Origin: Syncephalis fuscata S228
Taxonomy: Eukaryota > Fungi > Zoopagomycota
Assembly: GCA_025786725.1 (NCBI GenBank)
Contig: JAHLTZ010000002.1
Location: 806,001 to 870,000 of the forward strand
DNA length: 64,000 nucleotides
Direction of reading: 5' to 3'
Positions 39,046 to 51,363 of this stretch are shown in pieces. A program made the translations under genes and the position numbers. How positions within the stretch are numbered: the first letter of the stretch is position 1; each line of letters starts with the position of its first letter. Under the pieces are notes generated by a model. The model saw nothing but the letters and a program-made list of their open reading frames with translations. It was not told where the DNA came from and did no database searches.

Positions 39046-39763
39046 ATGGCTGAATCAGATATTACAAAACCTATTATTGCTGCATCTGAAGAGGTGGCAG
39101 CAGCAGCAGCAACCACGACGGAAGTAGAAGAGAATGAGACGTCATCCGAAGCACCGACAGAACAAGTAGAAGGAGAGGAGAATAGCGAGACGTCGGCCGT
39201 AGAAGAAGCACCGCCACCGCCCAAGGTTAGTATATTGGTATATTAATACGTAGAAATATCAATGTATATGGACCATGTAGAGTACTTATCCGTCCGAACA
39301 AGTAGAAGCGATTGTTAAAGAGGTAAGCGCGTTATTGAATCAATAAATAGTAATGACTGAAAAACCTATATAGGTGACCGACGACGTGTTAAGTGGAGAA
39401 TACTACCAGCATAGTCGTCTACCAGGCTGGAATGCGGCCATTGTAGAACGATGTCTAGTTAAACTGGGCGAGTTAAAAAAGCCCTATAAATATATTGGTA
39501 GGTGTTGGTATATTAGTATGTGCAGTGTTTATTGACCCATAATAATATACGCTACTATTTAGTGACATGTGTGATTCTACAACGAACCGATGCTGGTATC
39601 CATGCTGCCAATTCATGCTATTGGGATAATACACGCGATGGTAGGTTGTTGTATATCTGTTATAGTCACAATGTTTACCTGTAATACTTTAGGCTACATT
39701 ACTTATCAATATGAATCTAAAAGCATGTACACCATTGTTAACGCATTCTGTCTTGCTGTTTAA
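39046..39763 (+). CDS. Dynein light chain Tctex-1 family with acidic N-terminal extension
   Basis: WNAAIVERCLVKL...[33 protein letters not shown]...YESKSMYTIVNAFCLAV*. Confidence 0.92.
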
Positions 39764-40364
39764 TAATAAACAATATTAACAAATATGGATACATTAATAG
39801 CAACTAATATAACGGTAATCGCTATCGTGCTTGAATAATTGTTATACAATTGCTATTCTTATTGATCAATGGTTTTGTTATCTTGAAAAAAAGACTTGTA
39901 TTTTCGATAATTATATTATTGAAGTTGTTATAGTTTTCTTTTGTTTAGTTAATTTAAATTTGATAATTTTTTGAGTACAGACGAGTCAGTCACGTTCTTG
40001 TACTGTTTGGAAATATTTCATACTACTATTAAAGATATTATAATTGCCAATAAAATAATAAATACTTAGATCAAGTGTATAAATAGTATACATTTGTTTA
40101 TTTAAATATTTATAACACTTATATTATAAATCTATTAACGCTTATTTATAATTTCTTATATTCGCTACTGCTATCTTGTTAAAAATAATAATTTGGTATA
40201 ATTAAGCGCTGACATTAGTATGTTATTGTAGGTGTAGCAAGTCTTTACCCCTGTGGGACTCAGTAAATAGTTTGCCAAATAGCTTTTGTTCGTATTTCTA
40301 CTCTCCTTTTCTTTTTCAACACTTGCTTTATAGCGTATTTTGATCTGTAATAACAGCGTTAACT

Positions 40365-40745
40365 ATGTCCAATTCACAAAAAGTATCCAATCAAAATGAA
40401 GAAGCAAATGAAAAGAAGAACACGAAAGAAGACTCGTCAGTGGACGACGAGCATTTCATAAAAGTCTCATTTCATCGCCATATTTATGGAACAGGTGGCA
40501 CACAAAGTAATAGCAGCCCGTCTCCACCAGTTGTCAATCCAACTACCGTAGAATCCAAATTAGATGACAAAGCTACAGATTCGGAAGATCAAGCAAAGGA
40601 AGCAGCAAAGGAAGAAGAGATTGAACAGCGTCGTGTAGAATTAGAGGCAGAGGAGGCAGCACTGATAAAACAATTGGCAGCGCTAAGAGATGAAAAACAC
40701 CAGCTATTTTCTACATTACGAGCTATACTGCCCGAACGCGACTAG
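40365..40745 (+). CDS. Hypothetical 126-aa acidic coiled-coil protein
   Basis: Single-exon ATG ORF with coding-like composition; C-terminal heptads ELEAEEAALIKQLAALRDEKHQLF. Confidence 0.65.
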   Translation: MSNSQKVSNQNEEANEKKNTKEDSSVDDEHFIKVSFHRHIYGTGGTQSNSSPSPPVVNPTTVESKLDDKATDSEDQAKEAAKEEEIEQRRVELEAEEAALIKQLAALRDEKHQLFSTLRAILPERD

Positions 40746-41325
40746 ATTGTGTTGTTGTTGTTGTTGTTGAATATATTACAATATAAATAAATGGAGTAAA
40801 CAAGTTACTTTTGCTATTATTGTCTACAGTGTGGCATAGGAATGTAGAGACGAACAAAAGTAGGACTCAACGGGTCACGGGTTCAGATGTGTGACCGGCA
40901 ACATTCCAATGTTGTTTTTAAGTAGCGATGACGACAAAGCTGACATTTACGGTTGGAGAGGAAAGAAAAGAACGGCCACACTTTCTTCTTATTCGCTATT
41001 CTTCAACAAGCATTCTCGTTTCTATTCATTATTCTTTTCCACGCTCTGTATCCTTCTATCTTTGTTCTCTAGCCAGTGCTGTTGCTACCTTGCTATCGTT
41101 GACATTGACATTTTACGCCTATTGATTCTACAACACAGACTATCCATCTTACTCCTCTGCATTACAAGAGATTCTGTATAGTTGCCTGTGCCAAGGAACT
41201 TTATTGGTGCTGTGCTTTACTGGTTATTAAGACAGGCCTGCTATTGTTGTAGATATTTGCCTAGCTCCGTTTGAGGTGACTAGCCTAGCGACACGTTAGG
41301 AATAAATAGCGAATATTGCTCAATT

Positions 41326-44084
41326 ATGTCCAAAACTCCGACTTCAATAGGCGATGAGTCGCTTAGTGGTCGGACAACGCCTACTGCGTCAGATTTACCG
41401 CCACGCACTGTACGAGCACTCTATTCATTCAACGGACACACCGAGTACCATGAGTTAACGTTTGAAGAAGGTGAACTGTTAACTGTGGTGCGTGAACGTA
41501 TTGCTGATGGATGGTGGGTATGTGAGAAGGATGGTGTACAAGGATTGGTGCCCGAATCATATATTGCAGTAAGTAATTTATTAGTAATTATTTATTAATA
41601 GTAAACATGAATATTAATGGTGTAATGTAATGTTAGTATGGCGCCGACTTTGATTTGGAGGCCCGACCTCCTTCGCCAACCTTTAGCCTGGCACCATCAA
41701 TGCTTTCATCAACCGGCACGGCTACCTCTACCATGGGTATGTCGCGTTCGGCCACATCAACATCGACCGCTTCCAGTATACCGCCAAGTATACGCAATCA
41801 GCTATTAGTGAAGCGACAGCTTAATCGATTCAGTCGATTTGTTACTTCAGGTGTTGAGGAGTTTATTCTGTATGGTGGACGACGCACTGTACCACCGGCA
41901 AACAATATGGCTGCTTTGCAGCATATTCACGAGGAAGAGGATGGCAACGGCGGTGGTGTAGCAGGCAACGGTATTGATAATAATGATAATACAGATGGCA
42001 ATGGTGTACCATCGGAATCCGATAAACACTATATAGAGGTAGGCAGTGATATATGAATATAAAAAGTGCATTAGTGTATTAGTAAAGCTAACGAATTAAT
42101 CAAATCTAATTAGAGTGGACCTGCCTGGCGACACAAGGCACCAGAGTTTTGTGTTCGTGTGCATGACCCGGAAAAACGAGCAAAAATGGCTGGCATGCAA
42201 GAATATACCGTCTACCAAGTGACTTCTGAGGTAAATGTTTATTAGTTTATTAGCGATGATTATTAAAATATGACCTAGTTCGCCCAAGGTGTATCTGTTA
42301 CGGTTGAGCGGCGATTTAGTCAATTTCAATGGCTACATCGACGATTAGAAATCAAGTTTTCTGCACTCATTTTACCACCATTGCCAGAAAAGCAGTTTTC
42401 AGGTAAATATGAATATAAATTGATTTTACAGTTTATTTATTCGCCGTATTTTTACAGGTCGGTTCAACGAAGAGTTTATTGAACGTCGTCGTCGAGCACT
42501 TGAACGATTCATGAATCGATTGGCTCGGCACCCAGTTGTGCGTTATTCAGATTTACTTACCCATTTTCTAAATTGCACTGATGATTCGGTAAGTAGTAGA
42601 AATAGTGTAGGATCGAAGCAATATACTTAGTCAATATAATGCAACAATATTAAAGGAATGGCGACGACAAGAGAAGAAGTTTGAAGCAGATCGTGTAGTA
42701 GGCCACTCATTTTTTCAACATGTATATCATCCAGAATTTAACGTTGATGATGATGGGTAAGTAAATAGTATGGCTTTTGAAATATAAAATATTAATTGTT
42801 TCTTTGCCTAATAGTGATGTGGAGACATTGGAGCGATTCCACGCTCATACACGAGCTATTGATCGGTATTTACCATCGATTGCTGAAGCGGCTCAAGGTT
42901 ACAAGGATTTTTACACAGGTTGGTATTGCTATTGATTATAATTATTATGAAAATGGTATACTTAACAAGAAGTGTATATAGAAGCCAAGAATCATTACAA
43001 ACGACTTGGATTGGGTATATTAAGGCTGATTACAGGAACAGAGACTGAAGGATATGAACCTGTCAACGATGAAGGTATTTGGTGCTGGCGAGATGGATGC
43101 CATGGCAAGTTATCAAACATATGTGTATGTATATATACTATTGCTAATACCATAGTTAATAGAATGTCTTTGCTTGACAAAATCACTACAATCGGCGGCT
43201 GAACTAATGCAGGATACATGTGAGCTTCGTGAGCAACATGTAAGCAAAAAAATACATACAGTTGTTATATTTATATATATTAATTACTGCTTATTGGTTT
43301 GTTTAATAGGTTCAGGAAAGTCTAACACCTTGGTTGGAAAGTATTCGTACTTATTCAGGCACTTCTATTGCTCAAGCAGTAAGTAAAAAGCATCATCAGC
43401 AAAATTGCATATAATCTACGTGTCTAATATCTACTGTTTATTAGCCATTGGTGGAAATGCACATTGGTGCGCATAAAAAATATCAAGAAGTACTTGGTGA
43501 AGGATTTGCCGAAGATGGCACTTTGGAAAGGCCAGAGGTGATTTATTTTGATTTAATATAATGAATTAGTAAGATTAACGCAATAATCATATTGTAGGAC
43601 TTTGATGCAGAGGACATCAAGTCACGTTGTGAAACCGTATATAACGTGACACTCGCTGAGGTAGATCGTTATCACGATGAACGAGCTCGTGATTTCCGCG
43701 ATTTTGCTGTCAACTTTCTAGATAATGAAATCGGGCATTATGAAAAAGTAAGCAGTTTTTAAACTAGTAACATCTATTAATAACTAATATTTGACGTTTA
43801 AGATGTTGGAGAAATTACGGCAGGCACGTGCGCTATTCGATGAGCCTACTTACTCTGAACAGGCCGAGTCTCCGCGTCAACCTACACGATTTGCCAAAGA
43901 GCTAGAGGAATTACCGTTGACACGGCCTACTTCAGTAGCTAGTGTGACCAGTGTTGTTGGTGGTATGGTCGACGGCGTTGGATCGGTTGGGTCATTCCTC
44001 AAGTCAAAAGCACGCGGTTCATACGTCGGTGGCAGTATGTTTTCGGATTGGGGCTGGGGAGCTCGGCGTACAAGTGCCGGTTAA
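41326..44084 (+). CDS. SH3-PX-BAR sorting nexin (SNX9/18/33-like), multi-exon
   Basis: SH3 ALYSF...ELTF...GWW...GLVPESY; LNRFSRFVTSGVEEFIL; PX VERRFSQFQWL...PPLPEKQFSGRFNEEFIERRRRALERF; BAR tail TLAEVDRYHDER. Confidence 0.92.
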
Positions 44085-44457
44085 TATGCTACTTGCTAGT
44101 TTATGAGTCTGCATATTGAAAGTTTGCATGAAAAATTAAGCTACCAGCAATATAATCATGAAGATGTGCATGCATATGTGTTTTCTAGCGATAATCGCTC
44201 GCTGTTTGAAATAATAATAATAGTATTAAGTCACGTTAAAGTTGATTAGTAGAAAATGTTGATTGCCAGTAATATTTACTTAATACGTGTATATCACAAC
44301 TCGTTACTGATGATGGTAAGGAAAAGTAAAACAAGTAGGAAAATGCACTATGTACATACATACACTATTGCCCAATAATGGTGCAATAGGAAAAGAAGTC
44401 GGAATTAAAGAAGCGAATAGATTAACGTTTAGTATCAACAGATACTAAAACATGCAA

Positions 44458-45153
44458 CTAATCGCAATAGCATATGCGGCCGCATTGGCAACCTACACCT
44501 GATCCACGACACTCACAAAGCGTGCTATGTTTCATAAAGACACGGACATCGTTTGGTGTGCCGGCCGACATCGTGCGACGACGCAAGTTGCGAATGCCGC
44601 ATTCTCGGGCGGCAATGGCCATTTCACGTTCTCGATCGGCATTTGAGTGAAGCGAATAGCTTTGGCGGCGACGGTAGTAAGGCGTAAATTGCGCTGCTTG
44701 TTGCTGTTGTTGTGCTAGCGAATTATCACCACCGCCGCCCATCACTTGGCTTGTCATGCCAGTATCTTGCGTTAAGCGGGTTTGCGTCCTTCCTCGAGTC
44801 GCAGCCGTTCGACCACTTCCTCCTTGTTGACGATATGGCTTACAAGTGGCACAGCTACAAGTTTCGGTGCAGTCGCAGCGCATGTCAGTATGTTGACCAC
44901 GCTCCGTATTAACACATGAGCAAAAATCGTGCAACACTTCAGATTTCTGACAGTAGGGGCAGTAGTCGTCCTCGCGCAACGTAATTGGGTCATAGTCCGA
45001 TTCAACGGGACGGAACTGATGGTTATAGTTAAGCCCGTTGCCTAGCGTCGCCACCGAGTGGCGTTGCCGGCGAGGCCATAAATTCTCTTCAGTTTGTAGT
45101 TCACCTTGAACGAAAGATAGGCCTGGATCCATATTAGCTGAAGAGCGGTCCAT
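44458..45153 (-). CDS. Hypothetical 231-aa protein with two Cys clusters
   Basis: Intronless ORF; CPYC...CSC...CDCTETCSCATC and C-terminal CECRGSGVGCQCGRICYCD. Confidence 0.7.
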   Translation of the reverse strand: MDRSSANMDPGLSFVQGELQTEENLWPRRQRHSVATLGNGLNYNHQFRPVESDYDPITLREDDYCPYCQKSEVLHDFCSCVNTERGQHTDMRCDCTETCSCATCKPYRQQGGSGRTAATRGRTQTRLTQDTGMTSQVMGGGGDNSLAQQQQQAAQFTPYYRRRQSYSLHSNADREREMAIAARECGIRNLRRRTMSAGTPNDVRVFMKHSTLCECRGSGVGCQCGRICYCD

Positions 45154-46219
45154 AAATTTGATGCTTGTATTCCTAGATACTGTAGGTAAAAATAATTTTT
45201 AATATAGTTGGCGACTGTAGAATGAACAAAGGTTTTTTAAAGAAGATGTGACTGTTGCGTTGTCATTAATACATAGTATTTCTAAAATTAACTGAAACCT
45301 GCATACATGTGCACGTATAATTATTCCCATAGATGCTTAAATGAAACAACAGCTTATCAATGAGCAAATATTTGTTCGGAACAGTTGATTCACATTTAAT
45401 AAGACAAAGATTAGCCATCGTTTTTATGCAGCTGAGATTGGCAATTGTTTCAGCTTTGCTAGTCTGGTAACAAAATAATAGCCAAAATAATAACGCAGCC
45501 AATGGTACTAGATAAGCGTGATTGCGATTTATCAATAACTAGGTATGCACAGTATTAAACTACTCAATGAGCATTTATAAAAGGATTATGTATTATTTGT
45601 CTAGTCATTTAAATATAAAAATTAAATATAGCCACAGCAACAATAAAATTGTCAGTAATTGCAGTATATCATTTAATCGTTCCATTTATATTGCAAATAA
45701 TTACATTTAAGCATATTTGCATAATTAAACTACACATTTGCTCTATTAAAAATAAAGCCGGGTGGCGAATGGCATCAGTCATTATGGGACATGTAGTAAT
45801 ATCCTGGCTAATTACTCTGTTTTATAAATACTGTGTGTTGTTTATTAATAATATTACAGATTTCATCTTTATTCAATTATATAAAAACGTATACATCCAG
45901 TGGAATAAATAAACTTAATTTACTTACATAAAAAGCAAATGTTTTAATATTGTATGTAATTTTATTATACATATTGCTATTTGACAAGCATGAAAATATC
46001 ATATAACAATTTGTATATAATTCAAATATAATCCAACTTCAAACTATCTAATTCATGTGTAATTATCAGTACAATAATGTAATTAATTAGTTATCTTTAT
46101 TATTGCTTTAATATATATATTGTCCTTTATTTAGTCAGATTGGCTATAGGGGAAATGACTGTTTAATAAACAACTTTATAATAATTATATTAGTTTTAGT
46201 CTTACATCACAAATATGTC

Positions 46220-46575
46220 CAAAATGCAATAGTAGAATATTAAAAAATAGAAGAATCCATTTATATGCAAGAATCCATGCTGATATAGATGCAACAACAA
46301 CAAATGCGAATTAACATGAATTGTAATCATATGGCTTCTATTAATACTCGATCAATCTTTCTACACATGGCCAACAACAGTAGTGATCAACCTCAAATGT
46401 TCCAAAGAAATCAAATAGTATGTTACATTCTTTTATTTAAATCAATTTATTAACATTATTTTAATAGAAATTAATATAACTATGTTTGTTGTGCACATAT
46501 GTGCGACTTCAAGTAAAACGAGTTTTGCTTTGAGGACTCAAAAAGTGGGAGTCAGAGTAAAATGGCGAATTTTAA
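46220..46575. repeat. Partial copy of the dispersed TIR-like element (right half)
   Basis: Diverged direct repeat of ~50758-51050 (aatccatgctgatatagatgcaacaacaacaaatgcg identical), ending in the gtgggagtcagagtaaaa motif. Confidence 0.8.
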
Positions 46576-48377
46576 AATTTTCACCATAATAAATTATGAT
46601 TTCAAATAAGCATATATAAAATTATTAAATTATTAATTCCTTTTATTAAAAAAATATATTTAAATGTCTACCAAGCTACTCAAAAAAGCTACGTTTACTA
46701 GTATCAAAGAATCGAGGTTGTTGTTGACAAATTTAAGCTTGTTGGCAGTTGTAAATGGTGTTGCTACATTTTTAAGTATAAAACCAAAAGATGTACAAGT
46801 AAAAGCATTAAGTGTATATTTGATTATTTAATATACACTAACAATTGTAATAGCATAATAAATGCCATTATTTCTTATTACAAAGCTAAAAATCTCTGAT
46901 GGTAAAAAAGTTAATTACAATAAATGCAGCAAATTTTAATTTAAAACTTTGCTTATTTATGTAATTTAATTAATTGTAGCAATATTAGCAGTAATGCCAA
47001 TCGTGTTTTAATTGTTAAAAGACTTTTGATGCTATACTTGTGACAAATGCAACTAATAATTACAATACAAGGACATGATCTGTAAAGATTGGTATTAATA
47101 ATATTAAACTAGTAGTTAATATTGAAATGAACGTCTTTATTGAGTAAATACAAACTGATAATGAAAAAGCTATTAAAATAAATAAAGTGTAATGCAAACA
47201 AAAATGATCTAGTCAATAAATAATTTAAAATCCAAAATTTAACCACGAATAAAATTAGGCTGGCTTATTTAGAGTATTTCAAATATCAGATATAGCAATT
47301 AAGCAATTCTGAATTACATAAAAGTATTATTGCTTTGATCAACCCAAATTAATTAGTTGGTGTATCAAGCAAGAGTGAAGATATGCAAAATAAACCCGTC
47401 AACATGGCATTTGTCATTGATAAACTAGAACAATCTACTCGTAACATCCATTATTAAATGTCTCAGTAGTCGCATCAATGTTCCAGTTTAGAAAGTCATG
47501 GACCATGGTGAAAGAGGCTTAAAAGGGTGTTGTAACAAATTATTTAAACCACTTGATTTTTATTAAATCTTATGATATTTTTATTAACTAAATAAACATA
47601 ACTTTTTCACAATATTAAGCACGCTATTGGTTGCATAATGTGCTTTGGTAGTTGAATAACTATAATGTTTTGCATTTAATAGATATCCATTTTATTAAAA
47701 TGAAACTGAGTGATGAGTGTCATTGGTTATTAAACTATTTATTTATCATTATTATTGTGCTGTACATAGCTGTCTTGTATACACATACTATATGTCCATC
47801 TATATCATTAATATTGTAAATTGTAAAATTATATTAATAAAAGCTAAAAGTTCATTGCTAACTGTATTCTTTTAGCAGATCTTGATTCATTTCGTTCATT
47901 ACTATTGGCTAATTACATACAGTATAGTCTCACTATTCCTATTTATGTATTTGATTTGCTTATTTATTTTGTTTTATAATATTCTATGCTTTATTGCCAT
48001 GTTTTATTAAAAAACATCTTTATTTTAATTTCAGCATACTATTATTTGGCTATATGATAATGATAGCTTTGCCACTATCCATACCAATCTATGCCTATAG
48101 CTTAGGCGATATGATCATACACAGTTTGTTATTAATTTAACTATTTGATTAATGGTTGTCAATTATTGGATGCAAATAGGACATGGTTATAGATATAGCA
48201 ATTTGATTGTATATAGTTAAAATGAAATCATAGGTTTATTACTATAAGCTTGTACAGTTGAATAGGGGCAACTAGATGTAATCTTGTTGATAAAATAGTG
48301 ATTCTATTGGTTAAAAACTGGATAAACCGGAGCATTGACCAAAACTTGATGTATAAATAGACTGAATGGCGTAGTTG

Positions 48378-48701
48378 TCAATGGTCTTGCTTTTTCACCG
48401 AATATATACCTAAAGTGTGTTGGACTAGTGGTTTGAGTGCACTACCAATGCTAATGTCTTGAAACCATCGATTATTAGCATCAGGACATTGACATGGAAC
48501 GTAGCACCAGCTTTCAGTCTTAATGCAATAAGCCTTGGTGCGAGACCAACCCATAAAACCGCTAGTGCATCTATCAACGCATTGAGCGCAATTTTCCCCT
48601 CTTATAGCACGACGAACTAAAGCTGGATTAGCATCCACCATGGTTGTGGTGGCTACAAGCGCCACAAAGACGGTGCAAACGACGGCAATAGAAAGCTTCA
48701 T
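48378..48701 (-). CDS. Small secreted Cys-rich protein (effector/antimicrobial candidate)
   Basis: Signal peptide MKLSIAVVCTVFVALVATTTMVDA, propeptide NPALVRR (Kex2-type site), mature region with 7 Cys. Confidence 0.75.
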   Translation of the reverse strand: MKLSIAVVCTVFVALVATTTMVDANPALVRRAIRGENCAQCVDRCTSGFMGWSRTKAYCIKTESWCYVPCQCPDANNRWFQDISIGSALKPLVQHTLGIYSVKKQDH

Positions 48702-50310
48702 GATGATATCAACTTGTTAAGACAAACAAACAGAGCAGACAATAAAGTGTGATTGCTGTAAATTGTATAGTAGTGCGTATATAGCAAGAAGTAGAGTGTG
48801 ATGATGATATTGCAGTTGGTTGTGTGTATTTTGTGGGCTATTTAAACTTACGGCTATGCTAAGATACTAATATACTGTAGTGTATGAGGTACACTATTGG
48901 TGTGTAATATGAGCCAATAAAGAAATTCAAATAATGGTTTGAGGTATGCATGCATCAATGGATTCAGAATGTAATAGAATACTTCCTAGGCTTAATTTCA
49001 ACCTACTCAGTTTCGATTTTAACCTGCCTGGTCTTTACTTCAATCTTTTAGTCATTTGCACGGGTACTGTAGCGGTGTTCATAATCCAGTACATGTGATA
49101 AAAATAGACATATTAGCCTGTATTTTTTGTTACACGGTCTAACTATTTGGTAAAAACAAGTATATTGCTTGATTTTTAAAACGATAATGATGTCTTTGCT
49201 GCCATTTCTACCAAGCGGTCCTCAATATCTGCATGCATACAAAATAACACACAACACTGATACAAAAACAAGTTTAATATATCAAACTGGTATTTTATAC
49301 AGGATTTACTGTCATGCATAAGACAATTATAATTCTTTAAATTATAAAGTTTGTTGATTGATACATGTGTGTATTTCATTCGACATTATGCCCATTGCTA
49401 TGGGGTAATTATTGTTTTAAATTCACAAATCCATCACATTCAGACATATCATGCCGCATGCTATGCAACTGCCATCATTTAAATGGCGGTTAATCTAAAT
49501 TACCTGAAATTGATTATACAATGTGTATTGTTTGTAGGGTGATGCATCACAGCATTTTGAGCAATGAAACATTCCAACAAGTCATTTTTATCAGTTTTAG
49601 CTGTAGACTAGATTGCATTGGCTAAATTACACACAATACAATATGAAGACACTGGATTAGACACCATAGAAAGCTCTAGCCAATTCCCAGTAATTTCGAG
49701 TACATAATGGCTGTGGATCACATATTAACCGGTAATCATCCAAGGCCTAGGTACTGCTTACATTTTTAAAAATTAATCCTGATAATTCAAGCAAGATAGA
49801 ATATAGGAGAACAAGCCAAACCAGAAATTAATGAAAAAACAAGTGGCAGCTTAAAGGCTTACTGATTTAACCTGTAGCAAATTATTATAGTTATGTTAAA
49901 CTGGACTGTGTTCATCAAAAGTCGACTGTTGCTGATGCGACCATAACAGCAGCAATGTTAAACCGAAATAACTCACAAAAAACAGAGAGATGTAAATATA
50001 ATTGAATCACCAAGTTTAGTAGGTAAATAACTGATTATTGTCACTATAGCTTATAATTCTGGTTGCTTGTGCAGATAAATATTTACAATCACATTGTAAT
50101 TCTTATATACTTACATGTCACAACCACCAACTAAGCTAACTATTATAAAACTTAATCTAATTATTTATCAGAGTAAACAGCTAATATTATACATTACTGC
50201 AACAATAGAAAGACAGATTAATTTTATTTATTGACTATAAATAAGAGCTGCATAGCTATATATTAAAATAAAATAAAATATCTGATTGAGCACGCAGTAT
50301 TTACATGATC

Positions 50311-51050
50311 AAATCGTTTTTACTTTGACTCCCACATTTTTATTTACTCATTTCACCGCCTTTTCTTATCGCTATCTTATCGTTCTATTCAGTAATACAT
50401 TATATGCTAATACCGAATATAACAATATAAATAGCATGTGTATTTGAACATCAATAAAGAACATTATTCAATTCCTAGTCTTTATTTCCCTTGTTTTACA
50501 TCAACACCTGTTCAAGTAACCTCAACGGCATGCCGTATTTTCTGGCTACAACTGCCGCCACAAGGTCTTTCTGGTGAAAACACTCAACCTATCATTATTG
50601 CATATGGTGGAAACCATTTGCTTTAGCAATGGTTGGCAAAGAAACTGCACCTACCAAGTTGATATCAAGGATATTTAAGACAATGGTGAACATCAGAAAC
50701 GCTAGTCATCCTGCCTTTTTGTCACCATAGACGGGTATTTTACATCGTAAATCTACCCAAAATGCAACAGTAGAATATTAGAAAATAGAAAGATCATTTA
50801 GATGCAATAATCCATGCTGATATAGATGCAACAACAACAAATGCGGAATGACATGGAATCGCAATCATATGGTTTCTATTAATACTTGATCAATTTTTCT
50901 ACACATAGTCAACAACGACAATAATCAGCCTCGTGAATTCCAAAGTAGTCAAATGAAAACATTATAACTATGTGGCGCATAGCAGCATTGACTTTGATTG
51001 GAACGAATTTTACTTTGAGGGCTTCAAATGTGGGGTTCGAAGTACAATTC
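50311..51050. mobile_element. Putative non-autonomous TIR (MITE-like) element
   Basis: Left end aaatcgtttttactttgactcccacattt is an imperfect inverted repeat of the right end aaatgtggggttcgaagta; right half duplicated at 46220-46575; no TSD identified. Confidence 0.5.
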
Positions 51051-51363
51051 AATCAAAAAAAGAAATAGCAGCACATTATAATTACCAAATTGAATTACTA
51101 AAGGCTTCTATAAAACTGCCGTTTGATCATTAGTGCTATTTTATGCACATGTTTTGAGTATCCTGTTTGGTGTTTAAAATAGAATCTAAAGCATGCCAGC
51201 ATTTTTATGGTATTTTTTATGAGTTCAAAAGCAACTGTAAAATATTTATTCAAAGTGTTTTTTCTACCTCGTATACAACGTTTCATCCTTTATTTTCTTT
51301 TTATCGACATTTTTTATACAGTTAGATTATACAATTATTTTCGATACAACAGTTAGTTGCACA

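Noticed and set aside
51030-51045. GGTTCGAA B-box-like motif suggesting a tRNA
   Set aside because: No cloverleaf; it is part of the degenerate terminal repeat
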